Assembly: GCA_026417895.1 (NCBI GenBank) | Contig: JAOACJ010000009.1 | Coordinates: forward strand, 2,128 to 66,127 | Reading direction: 5' to 3' | Length of the DNA stretch: 64,000 nt | DNA from: Patescibacteria group bacterium | GTDB taxonomy: Bacteria > Patescibacteriota > Patescibacteriia > UBA2591 > CALHIP01 | In this document: positions 19,802-30,143 of the stretch, one piece after another | How positions within the stretch are numbered: position 1 is the stretch's first letter | Layout of the letters: the number at the start of each line of letters is the position of its first letter | Made by a program: the position numbers and the translations under genes | Notes under the pieces: generated by a model | What the model saw: the letters and a program-made list of their open reading frames with translations, nothing else | Told to the model about the DNA's origin: nothing | The model's database searches: none

Positions 19802-21301
19802 TTATAACCTCGGAAATAATATTTCACCCTTTTTTATCTTATCAAATTCTACTCCTCCCCATTCTTTCGCTTCTTCAAGATTTTTCTTTTTTTCACTAGA
19901 TAAAATGCCCAGTTGATCGAAGATTTTATCAGCCGTTTCAGGCATCAAGGGTTGAATGAGCCAAGCCAGTTGACGAAGACTTTCAAGTAAATTATAGATT
20001 ACTTTTTGAAATTCAACAAGATTGGTTTTCAACAACCGCCAAGGTTCTTTCTTATTAATTTCCCGATCAACCAAGGCGATAAAATTTAAAATTTCTTTTG
20101 CTACTTCCTCAAAAGCTAATTTCTCCATCGCCCTCTGGTAGCCCCGCCAAACTCTCTCTATCTTTTTAACCCATTCTCTTTCTTTTTTTAACTTGTAATT
20201 TGTAAGTTGTAATTTGGTAGCGAGAGCCAAAACCCGAGCCACTAGATTGCCAATGCCATTGGCTAAATCAGCCTTATATTTTTCATAAAATTTTTCTAAC
20301 GAAACATCTCCATCAACACCAAAAGGAAAACTTGAAAGTAGGAGCCATCTTAAACCATCGCTGGAAAAATTTTTCGCTTGTTCAATTGGATCTAAAACAT
20401 TACCTAAAGATTTACTCATTTTCTGACCATTAACGGTAAAAAAACCGTGGGCAAAAATTTTCTTTGGTAAAGGAACTTCTAAAGCCAAAAGTAAAGCCGG
20501 CCAAATCGTTGAATGAACTCTCAAAATATCTTTAGCCATTAGTTGCAGATCGGCTGGCCAAAGTTCCGGAACTCTTTCTTCTCCATCCCAACCTAAACCG
20601 GTGAGATAATTCAAAAAGGCATCAATCCAAACATAAAGTGTCTGTGATCCATCCCACGGCAAAGGAATTCCCCATTGAACCCTTTTTCGAGAAATAGAAA
20701 CATCTTCTAATTTCTCGGTTTTTAAAAAACCAACCACCTCATTTTTCCTTTTTTCTGGCTCAATCACCAATGTCTTTTCATCAATTAATCTCAGTAATGG
20801 TTTTTGAAAGGCAGAAAGTTTGAAAAGGTAACATTCTTCCGAAACCCTTTCCGGCACTCTTTGATGGTCTGGACATCGACCATCAATTAATTCTTTTGTG
20901 GTATAGTATCTTTCACAACCAACACAATATAAACCTTCGTAAAGTCCTTTTTTAATCCAACCCTTTTGGTAAAGTCTTGTGATCGCTTTTTTTACCGCCT
21001 GTTCATGATTTTGGTCAGTCGTTCGAATAAAATTATCATAAGAGATGTTTAAAACATCCCAGGCTAATTTAAAACGAGCCGACATTTCATCACACCACTC
21101 CTGGGGTGTTTTTTTATTTTTCTCGGCTGATTCGGCAATTTTTGCTCCATGTTCATCAGTGCCCGTTAGAAAGAAAACTTGATCACCCTTCATTCGATAA
21201 TAGCGCGCCAAAACATCAGCGGCAATCGTCGTATAAGCATGACCTAAATGCGGTTGATCATTAACATAATAAATTGGCGTGGTAAGATAAAATTTAGACA
21301 T
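19802..21301 (-). CDS. metG: Methionine--tRNA ligase (short form)
   Basis: YVNDQPHLGHAY, GTDEHG, YCVGCERY, KMSKS, ILFPRL. Confidence 0.97.
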   Translation of the reverse strand: MSKFYLTTPIYYVNDQPHLGHAYTTIAADVLARYYRMKGDQVFFLTGTDEHGAKIAESAEKNKKTPQEWCDEMSARFKLAWDVLNISYDNFIRTTDQNHEQAVKKAITRLYQKGWIKKGLYEGLYCVGCERYYTTKELIDGRCPDHQRVPERVSEECYLFKLSAFQKPLLRLIDEKTLVIEPEKRKNEVVGFLKTEKLEDVSISRKRVQWGIPLPWDGSQTLYVWIDAFLNYLTGLGWDGEERVPELWPADLQLMAKDILRVHSTIWPALLLALEVPLPKKIFAHGFFTVNGQKMSKSLGNVLDPIEQAKNFSSDGLRWLLLSSFPFGVDGDVSLEKFYEKYKADLANGIGNLVARVLALATKLQLTNYKLKKEREWVKKIERVWRGYQRAMEKLAFEEVAKEILNFIALVDREINKKEPWRLLKTNLVEFQKVIYNLLESLRQLAWLIQPLMPETADKIFDQLGILSSEKKKNLEEAKEWGGVEFDKIKKGEILFPRL

Positions 21302-21302
21302 T

Positions 21303-21983
21303 TTATGATTTTAAATTTTTAATCACGATGACGAATTCTCCTTTTATTTTATCATTTTTTATCTTTTCTGTCACCTGACTAATTGTTCCGCGATAAATCG
21401 TTTCAAATTTTTTCGTCAATTCGCGAGCAATAACAATTTCTCGTTCACCGCAATGATTTTTTAAATCAGCTAAGGTTTTGAAAAGACGATAAACTGATTC
21501 GTAAAGGACAATAGTTTCTTCATAAGTGGTCAATTTCTTAAAAAATTTTTCTCGTTTCTTTTTGCTGGGTGGAAAGCCTAGAAAAACAAATTTATCACTT
21601 GGCAAACCAGAAATACTTAAAGCAGTAACTAAAGCACAAGGGCCGGGAATGGGCACAATTTTTACTCTCTCACCCAATTTTTTCACCACTTCTTGAATCA
21701 ATAAATTTCCTGGATCAGCAATCCCTGGTGTCCCAGCCTCAGAAACTAAAGCCAGATTTTTACCTTGTTTTAATAAAGCAATAATATCATCAATTTTTTT
21801 CAATCTTGAATGTTGGTGATAAGAAATCAGAGGTTTTTTGATTTGATAACGATCAAGTAAAATTTTTGTTTTTCTTGTATCTTCACATAAAATGAAATCA
21901 ACCTCTTTTAAAACTTTAAGAGCACGCAGGGTGATATCTTCGAGATTGCCAATCGGTGTGGCGACAAGATAAAGAATTGACAT
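21303..21983 (-). CDS. rsmI: 16S rRNA C1402 2'-O-methyltransferase
   Basis: LYLVATPIGNLEDIT.RAL, EDTR, SEAGTPGIADPG, ARELTKKFE. Confidence 0.95.
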   Translation of the reverse strand: MSILYLVATPIGNLEDITLRALKVLKEVDFILCEDTRKTKILLDRYQIKKPLISYHQHSRLKKIDDIIALLKQGKNLALVSEAGTPGIADPGNLLIQEVVKKLGERVKIVPIPGPCALVTALSISGLPSDKFVFLGFPPSKKKREKFFKKLTTYEETIVLYESVYRLFKTLADLKNHCGEREIVIARELTKKFETIYRGTISQVTEKIKNDKIKGEFVIVIKNLKS

Positions 21984-22000
21984 ATTAAAATAATTATAGC

Positions 22001-22037
22001 AGAAAAATAAGAGAAGTCTTGAAAAAGACTTCTCTTA
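22001..22037 (-). terminator. Intrinsic terminator after the PxKF-domain gene
   Basis: Perfect 13-bp stem TAAGAGAAGTCTT-GAAA-AAGACTTCTCTTA followed by TTTTT on the minus strand. Confidence 0.8.
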
Positions 22038-22059
22038 AAAATATTTGAATTTCCGATCT

Positions 22060-23487
22060 TTATCTTAGAGAAATAATAACAAACTCTGAACGACCGTTGG
22101 CAAATCTAATCTCTAATTGCCAGGTACCAGTGGAAAGCGATTTTGTTCCAAGATTAAAGATATAAAGGTTATCTAAATTATCATACCGAAACAAATTACC
22201 ACTGTTAGCTGAGCCACTGGAAACTGCTTCTAAAACTGAACCGGAAATATTATTACTAATTTTCAATAAATACAATCTCGCCATTACTGTGCTCACAGAT
22301 TGGTTATTAAAGTCAGTCAAGCGGAATTTTACTGGCACCGTTGAACCTAATTTGAAAATACTACTCCCATCTGCATTGATTGGTTGAAGAATACCGCTAA
22401 AAAGATAACCAACTTCATAAGTAATCGTCTGATAACTTTCCCAGCCAGCCTGATCAACCGCTCTTACTTCAAAATTTTTTAGACCAATAGTTCCGGTTTC
22501 AATCGCTGCACCATTGGGGATTGTCGCTATTACTGAGGCTAAACCAGAAACTTCATCACTAACTGACCAATCAGCCAAAACCGGTTGATTTAACAGATAA
22601 AAACCAGCCGTTGGACTATTAATGGTAATGACTGGTGGTGTTTGATCAATTTTAATCAAAACTGTCTTGACGGTTTCGCTATTACCGGCATTGTCGATTG
22701 AATAGTAATAAAGAGTCGTCACGCCTTCGCTATTAATCATCAATGGCTGAGTATAAGAAAACCAACTGTTTTGATCGAAGCTATATTTCGTCTGAGCAAC
22801 GCCAGAGCCGCCTTCGTTATCAATGGCTGTTAAAGCAACCTCAACCGCAGAAAGATACCAGTTGTTTAAACCTTCATTACCAGTTAAAGTCGCGGTTGTT
22901 GTTGGTGGCAAATTATCAGTCGGTCCAGTCAATTCTTCCGCATCAAGATAAACCCAGGTCGGATTATAAGTATCAATCGTGCCAGCGACATTAAAGCGCA
23001 GCCTAACCATTCGACCTAAATAAGCTGATAAATCAATATTGACTAACTGCCAACCGGTTGTTTTTAAACCAAAACCTGTTCCCCAGGCTCCTTGTGAATA
23101 ATAACGAATTGTTGCCCCGGTTTCTAAATCTTGAACTAAATAACTAAAATGATTAAAACCAGCATAATCATAGGTAAAAATGTTATAAGCAAAGCTTAAG
23201 GTTGGCGCAACAACCAGAAAGTCTTGATAAATAATATTTGGACCAATCGGTTGAAGGCCGGTTGTTCGACCAAGTCGAGCCATATAGGTACCGGCATAGG
23301 GTGTGGTAAAACTATCAGCTGTAACCACGCCAGCAAAATCAACAACTGTTCCTCTTGTCCAGCCAGTGAAATCTCCGGTTTCAAAGCCTCCATTAATTAA
23401 ATTACTCGTCGTCGCTAAAAGAGGCTGTGGGAAAATCGGTATTAAAATAAAAAACGAAAAAATAAGACCAAAAATGACTTTTTTCAT
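22060..23487 (-). CDS. Secreted protein with beta-sandwich, Ig-like and C-terminal PxKF domains
   Basis: Signal peptide; NGGFETGDFTGW; YSIDNAGNSE..IKIDQTPP; QPINADGSSIFKLGSTVPVKF. Confidence 0.7.
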   Translation of the reverse strand: MKKVIFGLIFSFFILIPIFPQPLLATTSNLINGGFETGDFTGWTRGTVVDFAGVVTADSFTTPYAGTYMARLGRTTGLQPIGPNIIYQDFLVVAPTLSFAYNIFTYDYAGFNHFSYLVQDLETGATIRYYSQGAWGTGFGLKTTGWQLVNIDLSAYLGRMVRLRFNVAGTIDTYNPTWVYLDAEELTGPTDNLPPTTTATLTGNEGLNNWYLSAVEVALTAIDNEGGSGVAQTKYSFDQNSWFSYTQPLMINSEGVTTLYYYSIDNAGNSETVKTVLIKIDQTPPVITINSPTAGFYLLNQPVLADWSVSDEVSGLASVIATIPNGAAIETGTIGLKNFEVRAVDQAGWESYQTITYEVGYLFSGILQPINADGSSIFKLGSTVPVKFRLTDFNNQSVSTVMARLYLLKISNNISGSVLEAVSSGSANSGNLFRYDNLDNLYIFNLGTKSLSTGTWQLEIRFANGRSEFVIISLR

Positions 23488-23522
23488 AGGACAATAAAAA
23501 TTTAAAATTAATTAAAGATATG

Positions 23523-24932
23523 TTACTTTTCTTGCCAACGGGTAGGTGGCAAGCAAGTTGACTTGCCTGATTTCATATAGCCATAAGGTGATTCCTGATA
23601 AGGCGGACAAAGAGGTTCAAGACAGGAAAGAGCCGTCACCCAATAGTGATAATTGACGTTCGCAATAATACTTTTGTCTTCATAAGCACAAAGGCTTTCA
23701 CCACAAACATCCTCGGGTCTAATATTTTCGGCAATTCTTCGACACTGTGATAGTTCACAGTCATTTCTATTGTCTTTATTTTTGACTGCTCGATAAACAT
23801 TATAGCCAACCGCCCCTCCGACTGGTAGCCATTGAACAGTTATTTCACCGCACTTTGAAGAGAGAATTGGCTCCAGAGGCTGTGATGGCGCGCATAAAAC
23901 CGTTGTCCCAGAAGCAGCATCACTGATTATTCCGTCACCGTTTAAATTCCAGGCTTGAACTTGATAGCGATATATCTGTCCACCGCTTAAACCAACATCT
24001 TGCCATTTACATATATCACCACTACAATCAACCTCATTGACAGAAATATTGGCAATAAGGACTCCATTTGTCTGTGGATTACACCCCTCACCCCGACAAC
24101 GATAAATTTTATAACCTTGAGCACACTTAGTTGGTGGTTGCCAATTTAAAAGTAAAGACTGACAATTTTGAGAAACCGATCTGACGGTTAAATTTCTTAC
24201 CTGATCAGGTGGATTTTTTAAACAATAACTTTGATAAGCACCGAGCCAGCCTAAACCAGCACCAGTAATTTGTGGATTATAAGTTGAACTCCAGGCAAAA
24301 CCTGTTAATTCTTTATGATTAAAACCAAAATCTTCTAAAGAAAGACCATAGCTAATACCGCCAGTTGTCTGTCCTCTTAATTTAATCCAGCCATCAGTTG
24401 TTGGTGACGACCAAACTACCTTTGCCCAACCAAAAACTTTTTTGCCTTCCCCAAGACAATTAGTGCCCGAAACATTTTCTCCTTTGCAAGCCCAAGGAGT
24501 AAAATTATCAGGTGAATTAATAAATGAACAAGTCCCACAACCTTCGCAAGTAATATAATTACTACAACTTGGACAATGAGCACACTTACAGGTCTCACCA
24601 AAACAAATCCAGCCAACATTTGGTGACCAACCATAACCAGAAATTTTATTGGTGGAAGAATCTAATTTTAAGCCGTAATTGATATTAGTTGGACAATTAT
24701 TTTCCGGTTGACCATCATTGTTATAGTCGTTATAACAATTCAAAGAAATCCAGCCAATGCCACCCGGATAACTGCCATCACTTCTACTCCAAAGCCAACC
24801 ACGGATGTTATCACTCCTCCCCCCTTGAACTAAATGTGGTTTTTCTATGTGAAAAACAAAAAATAATAAAGCAGCCGCCCCTATGAGACTTAAGATTAAT
24901 ATAAAAACTTGTCGTAACCAAATATTTTTCAT
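23523..24932 (-). CDS. Membrane-anchored Cys-rich protein with fibronectin type III domains
   Basis: N-terminal TM; CPR-type GW.WS..IGWIS repeats; LNWQPP..GYKIYR..YRYQVQAWN and GYNVYR..YHYWVTA. Confidence 0.7.
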   Translation of the reverse strand: MKNIWLRQVFILILSLIGAAALLFFVFHIEKPHLVQGGRSDNIRGWLWSRSDGSYPGGIGWISLNCYNDYNNDGQPENNCPTNINYGLKLDSSTNKISGYGWSPNVGWICFGETCKCAHCPSCSNYITCEGCGTCSFINSPDNFTPWACKGENVSGTNCLGEGKKVFGWAKVVWSSPTTDGWIKLRGQTTGGISYGLSLEDFGFNHKELTGFAWSSTYNPQITGAGLGWLGAYQSYCLKNPPDQVRNLTVRSVSQNCQSLLLNWQPPTKCAQGYKIYRCRGEGCNPQTNGVLIANISVNEVDCSGDICKWQDVGLSGGQIYRYQVQAWNLNGDGIISDAASGTTVLCAPSQPLEPILSSKCGEITVQWLPVGGAVGYNVYRAVKNKDNRNDCELSQCRRIAENIRPEDVCGESLCAYEDKSIIANVNYHYWVTALSCLEPLCPPYQESPYGYMKSGKSTCLPPTRWQEK

Positions 24933-25063
24933 TATTTTAATATTATCATTTTTTCATCAATTGTCAATCAAAATTTCAAAATTTCAACTCCTTCACGACA
25001 TTTCAATATTCTCACTAATGCGCCAACATTCTTAAGTGTAATTAATGTTTAAATTCATAATTT

Positions 25064-27946
25064 CTATTCAAAATAAACAAGAGGCATTGGTTCGACATAT
25101 TGACGTAAATAGAGATAATCAACAAAAGTCCGCCAATCCCATGGCCTTGGCCAAGGACAGGTTGCGCACCAACAAGACCACCAGTCAAGAATAAAAATTT
25201 TGCCGGCTTGATTAAAGACTGGTCTGTCTGTTTGACTGAAAGGAAGAACGTCTTTCACCTCAACAGAGTGCTTCGTTTCATAAGCTTTTACCTCCCATAA
25301 AGTCGCCCCTCCTTCCCAAAGAATACCACGACCTAATTCATACCAGGCTCTGCCTTTCATATACCCCCAGGTCGCCAAAGGTACCCCCCACGGCGTCCAA
25401 CCATAAAGCCAATTAGTCGAACCAGAATGAATCTGCCAACTATTTTCTTGATCATCTAAATAACGCCAATAAAGAAAAGTTGAACCATTGGGTCCACCTC
25501 TTGACATTTTTGATTTAAGCCAAAAATTTTTGATTTCTATTTTTGGTTTTAACCAACCAACACTGTTAACACCGATTTGAATTTTTGATTCGCTGGTGAG
25601 CCAATCAACATCATTAAAGTCATAGTCATCCATTCTCATTTGATCAAAATGGTCAAACCAAGTTAAAGTCTTCTCTAAATTTGCCACCGACCCAGCCTGT
25701 TGATTACCATAGTAAAGATAAATCTTTTTCCGAGAATTGGCAGGAATTTCTGGAATTCTGACAACCGCTTCAGCAAAAAGACCATTTTCTTTTTTCGCTA
25801 ATCCTTCATCGTTGATTTCCCAACCATAATTTAATAATGTCTGGCCATCTTCATCAGTAAATCTTAAATCAGAAAAATCCAGCTTCATTTCTGGCTGATA
25901 ATTGATCAAAAGATTAATTTCAAAATTAGTTAAAGTTTCCGAGCTATTGGTATTGTCAATGATAACTGCTTTTCTTTTTTTCCAGTTTTCTAAAAAAGGA
26001 CGAAGAAGATAAGTAATGCAAGATTGAATGGCCGGTTCTTGTTGATTGCCAAGTTTATCTTTGGCTCGAACATAAATTTTGTAATTTCCTTCTTCAATTA
26101 AATCTTTTGGCCAAGCAAATTGCCATTTTTTATTTTCCCAATCAAGAGTAGCTTCAAACCAAAATTCCTCTTTTTGCCAGGAAAATGATGATAATTGAGC
26201 TAAATATTGGCTATCTTTTTCTCTTTGAATAGCTAAAAATATCTTTTCTGTATCCTCGCCCTCAAAAATACCTTCAATTGATGAGGGTAAATTTTCTAAG
26301 CCAACAAAAGTTCCACTTGTCAGAATCGCTGAAGTCGGTGGTGTCAAGTCAATCTGCCAAAGATAAACAAAACTTGCCTGATTGCCGGCTAAATCAAAGG
26401 CTTCTAAAAAGAAACTGTGTTCACCTTCAGAAAGATCATAGTAAATTTTTGGTGATAAACAATCTTCTTTTTCTTTGTCGTCTAACTTACACTTGAAAGT
26501 AACATTTTCATTGGCCGAAAATTCAAAAATGGCATGTCGAGTGTTGGTGGGATTGTTCGGAAAAGCAGTCAGGGTAATTTCCGGCGGTGTGATGTCTGGC
26601 GGTGGTGAAGGAGATCCGCCACCTCCACCAAAATAAACAATGGGTGTAACTTTTTCTTCTTCAATTTTTTCTGTTTCTAACAAATTTTCTTGATTTGTTT
26701 TTTCTAAAAGAGGAGACAAAAGATTCAACTCGCTTAAACTGCCTGGAGCTGGTTCTAAAACAATCTTCTCTTCCGACTTTTCAAAAGCAATTTGCCAAGA
26801 AACCGTTTCTCCTCCTAACCAATGAAAACCTTGACTATCTTGATAAACCGGTCGAAAAGAAAATTGATAAATTTTTGGTTCTAAATTTTTGGCGGTAATA
26901 AAAAATTCAAAAGAACCGATTTCATTTGGTTTGATTTCTGATTCTTTTAGCTTGGCTGGCCTCTTCTTTGTTAACCAACTTGAATGATAAAAATTTTTTG
27001 CTTCTTCGGAAGCAACATTTAAAGAAACAGTTTCTTTTTGCCAAATGGTATTACCGGTATTTTTGAATTTGACGGAAAGAAAAATTTCTTGATTTTCTTT
27101 TAAAGTTAAATTTTGGTTTGGATTTCTCTCAATTAGTTTCGCGTCATAAATTAATTCCTGATTCGTTATTCCTAATTCCTGATTCACTGCTTTTTCCTGT
27201 TCTCCTGATTGACTTTCTTGATTTAAACCTAATAAGTTATTAATTAAAGAAGTAATCCCTTGCCACCAGCCGGTCAGAAGTGAACCGAGATTTTGCCAAA
27301 AATTACTTGAAGATTCGGGTTGAGATGACGGTTGCTGAGATAATTGTTCCTCTGCTAATCTCGTTTGGAAAATTTCATTATCCGAAAGATACCAATTGCC
27401 AGCGACAAAGTTGGTATAGCCCGACATTGGTTCTGGCTTATAAGCAATGAGTTTCCCGTCTGGCTGTCGCTGATACATAGCAAAATGAAGATGGGTACCA
27501 GGGTATTCTGGACAGGCAGAGCCACTAACTTCACCACTTCTACCAATCTTACCAATAATTGTTCCTTGTCTAACGTCCTGATTTTGTGCGACTCCTATGG
27601 AATAAGGAATTAGATGAGCATAACGACTAATTAAGTTATTACCATGATTGATTAATACAGTTGTTCCATATCCACCATTATAACCATCTTGGAGTACTAA
27701 TATCACCTTTCCGTCAACTACTGTTAAAACATTTTTTCCGTAAGCTTCGCATCCATTTTTAGTGAAATCTAAAGCGTATTGATCTTTACTGTTGGGTGCA
27801 TGGGTTGGTAACGTATTATATCCTCGCGTAATAATAAATCTTTCTCCTTTCTGATAAGGAAGTTTAAAAATTAAATCTGCAGCTAAAACAGAACTGACTG
27901 ATAGAATGGATAAAAATAAATAAGTGAAAATTTTTTGTTTTGACAT
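25064..27946 (-). CDS. Large secreted M23 peptidase with NBR1-like Ig, Ig-like and DUF2341 domains
   Basis: Start MSKQKIF; YALDF, YGTTVLINH..SRYAHL, THLHF; VKFKNTGNTIW; WKKRKAVII..DFSDLRFTD..KIYLYYGN. Confidence 0.75.
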   Translation of the reverse strand: MSKQKIFTYLFLSILSVSSVLAADLIFKLPYQKGERFIITRGYNTLPTHAPNSKDQYALDFTKNGCEAYGKNVLTVVDGKVILVLQDGYNGGYGTTVLINHGNNLISRYAHLIPYSIGVAQNQDVRQGTIIGKIGRSGEVSGSACPEYPGTHLHFAMYQRQPDGKLIAYKPEPMSGYTNFVAGNWYLSDNEIFQTRLAEEQLSQQPSSQPESSSNFWQNLGSLLTGWWQGITSLINNLLGLNQESQSGEQEKAVNQELGITNQELIYDAKLIERNPNQNLTLKENQEIFLSVKFKNTGNTIWQKETVSLNVASEEAKNFYHSSWLTKKRPAKLKESEIKPNEIGSFEFFITAKNLEPKIYQFSFRPVYQDSQGFHWLGGETVSWQIAFEKSEEKIVLEPAPGSLSELNLLSPLLEKTNQENLLETEKIEEEKVTPIVYFGGGGGSPSPPPDITPPEITLTAFPNNPTNTRHAIFEFSANENVTFKCKLDDKEKEDCLSPKIYYDLSEGEHSFFLEAFDLAGNQASFVYLWQIDLTPPTSAILTSGTFVGLENLPSSIEGIFEGEDTEKIFLAIQREKDSQYLAQLSSFSWQKEEFWFEATLDWENKKWQFAWPKDLIEEGNYKIYVRAKDKLGNQQEPAIQSCITYLLRPFLENWKKRKAVIIDNTNSSETLTNFEINLLINYQPEMKLDFSDLRFTDEDGQTLLNYGWEINDEGLAKKENGLFAEAVVRIPEIPANSRKKIYLYYGNQQAGSVANLEKTLTWFDHFDQMRMDDYDFNDVDWLTSESKIQIGVNSVGWLKPKIEIKNFWLKSKMSRGGPNGSTFLYWRYLDDQENSWQIHSGSTNWLYGWTPWGVPLATWGYMKGRAWYELGRGILWEGGATLWEVKAYETKHSVEVKDVLPFSQTDRPVFNQAGKIFILDWWSCWCATCPWPRPWDWRTFVDYLYLRQYVEPMPLVYFE

Positions 27947-27956
27947 GCTATTATTA

Positions 27957-28547
27957 TTAAAACTTAATTGATGACAGATATAAATCAAAATCCTTCAAAC
28001 ACCTCTCTTTATCCTCCCCTTTGGGATAAAGAATAAGTTCGTATATTTTCTGTCTCAAAGGAACTATAACCGCTATAGAATACCCCGTTTCATTCGTATC
28101 CAACACTCTTTTAATACCTCTTTGTCCGTCAATATTAACCTCTACGCGTTCATCCAAATTAATTGTCAAAAATGATTCATTAAGTTTTACCTCTTCACGA
28201 TTCAACCACTGCTCAGCTGTAAGTTTCTGTGGGTTATCAATTATGTATGTCTCTATTTTACAATATTCATCTTTTGGATTATCCCAATCGATATCGTTGA
28301 AGCTAAGATAGCCAGCACTTGGTCGTTCAACGTTCCACCCCTTCGACACAGTCACCTCATAACCCTCTGTCTTATTTCTTATAATTTTCCCCTCTTTTGT
28401 TTCAATAACCTCAATGCCGGCAGGTGCAGTTGTTTCAGGCGACGGTTTTTCCGTGGTATAAATAAAAAGGGCGGTACCAGCCACAAGACACGCCAAAATA
28501 ATAAAAATAATAATGCCTAAATTTTTTGGTTCTTTTTGCCAAAACAT
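27957..28547 (-). CDS. Membrane-anchored PsbP-like protein
   Basis: N-terminal TM, RNKTEGYEVTVSKGW, NPQKLTAEQW, C-terminal FDLYLSSIKF. Confidence 0.55.
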   Translation of the reverse strand: MFWQKEPKNLGIIIFIILACLVAGTALFIYTTEKPSPETTAPAGIEVIETKEGKIIRNKTEGYEVTVSKGWNVERPSAGYLSFNDIDWDNPKDEYCKIETYIIDNPQKLTAEQWLNREEVKLNESFLTINLDERVEVNIDGQRGIKRVLDTNETGYSIAVIVPLRQKIYELILYPKGEDKERCLKDFDLYLSSIKF

Positions 28548-28649
28548 AAAGATTAAATTAAGTTGTCAAGGTCTCTTATCTATTAAATAACAAATAAAAA
28601 CACCCTCTCAATAAAATAATTCAAATTCAATCTGCTGACCGTCAGTTTT

Positions 28650-29915
28650 TTAAACATTTTTGAGTATTTCTAAAAATGACTTTTCTTCCTGAAGTGGACC
28701 AACCAAAGCTAAACTGATAAAATTTTGATTAAAAATTCTTTGCCCAAGTTTTTTAATCTGCTCTTTTGTTACCTTTTTAATTTTTCTAAATTTTTCTTCG
28801 GGTGTCTCAATTTTTCTTAAATAAAGTGCCTGATGACCATACCAACCAGCCATAGTCTGCGAATCTTCTAAATTAAGTTTTATTTTTCTGATAAGGTAAT
28901 CTTTGGTTTGTTCAACCTCTCTTTCGCTTGGTCCTTCTTTTTTTATTTTTCTAATTTCTTCAACTATTACTTCCAACGTCTCTGCCACTTTTTTTGGATC
29001 AATGCCAGCCTCAATAGTCAAAAGACCAGTTTCATAAAAAGAGATGCCGCTACAGCCAACTGAGTAAGCTAGACCTCTTTTTACCCTTACTTCTTGAAAA
29101 AGACGCGAACTCATATTGCCACCAAAAAGAGTAGAAAAAATTTCCAACACTTCAATTGCTGGTGAAAAATAAGAAAGGCCTGGAAAACCAATCATCATTT
29201 GAACTTGTTCAGTTGGTCGATGAGCAATTTTTATTTTTGGTAAATGAGGTTGAAGGGTAAATTTTTCAAATTTTCTCTTCTCTCCCCTCCCTTTCCGACC
29301 GAAATATTTTTCAACTAAACAAAAATCTTTTTTACCAACCGCTCCAGCTAAAACCAAAAGAAGGTTATTTGGTTGGTAGATTTTTTCTTTAAAATTGAGA
29401 AGTTTTTCCTGATTGACGCTCATTATTGTTTCTGGGCAGCCAGCGATATTTCGGCCCAAGGGATGATCGCCAAAAAATGTTTCATAAAAAAGATCCGAGA
29501 TATAAAAACTCGGATTATCTTGATAAAAACGAATTTCTTCTAAAATAACGGTTTTTTCTTTTTCTAATTCTTTTGGTTCAAAAAGTGAATTAAAAAAGAT
29601 ATCCGCTAGGATGTCTAAAGATTGATTCAGGTTCTCTTTTAAAATTTTTATCCAGTAACCCGTTGACTCGCGAGAAGTAAAAGCATTATAGTCAGCTCCT
29701 AAGGAGTCAAGTTCTTGAGAAATAGCTAAAGTACTCGGTCGATTTTTTGTCCCTTTAAAAAGCATGTGTTCAATAAAATGAGCCTGACCATTTTCTTCTT
29801 TTTTTTCGTAACGCGAGCCGAAGGGCAACAGTGCTAAGGCAGTGACCGCCTTAGTATTCTTCATGGGGGCTAAAATTACTTTGGCACCATTGGAAAGTCT
29901 TGACTGAATAAACAT
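28650..29915 (-). CDS. M16 (pitrilysin-family) zinc peptidase
   Basis: AHFIEHMLFKGT (HxxEH), NAFTS.E.T, SSRLFQEVRVKRGLAY. Confidence 0.92.
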   Translation of the reverse strand: MFIQSRLSNGAKVILAPMKNTKAVTALALLPFGSRYEKKEENGQAHFIEHMLFKGTKNRPSTLAISQELDSLGADYNAFTSRESTGYWIKILKENLNQSLDILADIFFNSLFEPKELEKEKTVILEEIRFYQDNPSFYISDLFYETFFGDHPLGRNIAGCPETIMSVNQEKLLNFKEKIYQPNNLLLVLAGAVGKKDFCLVEKYFGRKGRGEKRKFEKFTLQPHLPKIKIAHRPTEQVQMMIGFPGLSYFSPAIEVLEIFSTLFGGNMSSRLFQEVRVKRGLAYSVGCSGISFYETGLLTIEAGIDPKKVAETLEVIVEEIRKIKKEGPSEREVEQTKDYLIRKIKLNLEDSQTMAGWYGHQALYLRKIETPEEKFRKIKKVTKEQIKKLGQRIFNQNFISLALVGPLQEEKSFLEILKNV

Positions 29916-29923
29916 AAAAAATT

Positions 29924-30124
29924 TTATTCAACAACAAAAGCAATTTTAAGGTTAACACGATACTCAACAATCTTACCATTTTTAATCACTACCTTTTGGC
30001 GAACAACATCAGCTCCAGTTACATTTCTAACGGTCTTTGTTGTTCTTTGGACGGCTCGTCGAATAGCGTCTTCAAAAGATTTTTTGGAAGTACTAACAAG
30101 TTCAATAATTTTGACCACGGCCAT
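29924..30124 (-). CDS. Dodecin family flavin-binding protein
   Basis: VVKIIELVSTSKKSFEDAI..AV....KTVRNV..EYRVNLKIAF. Confidence 0.85.
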   Translation of the reverse strand: MAVVKIIELVSTSKKSFEDAIRRAVQRTTKTVRNVTGADVVRQKVVIKNGKIVEYRVNLKIAFVVE

Positions 30125-30143
30125 AAAATTTTAATTAAATTAA

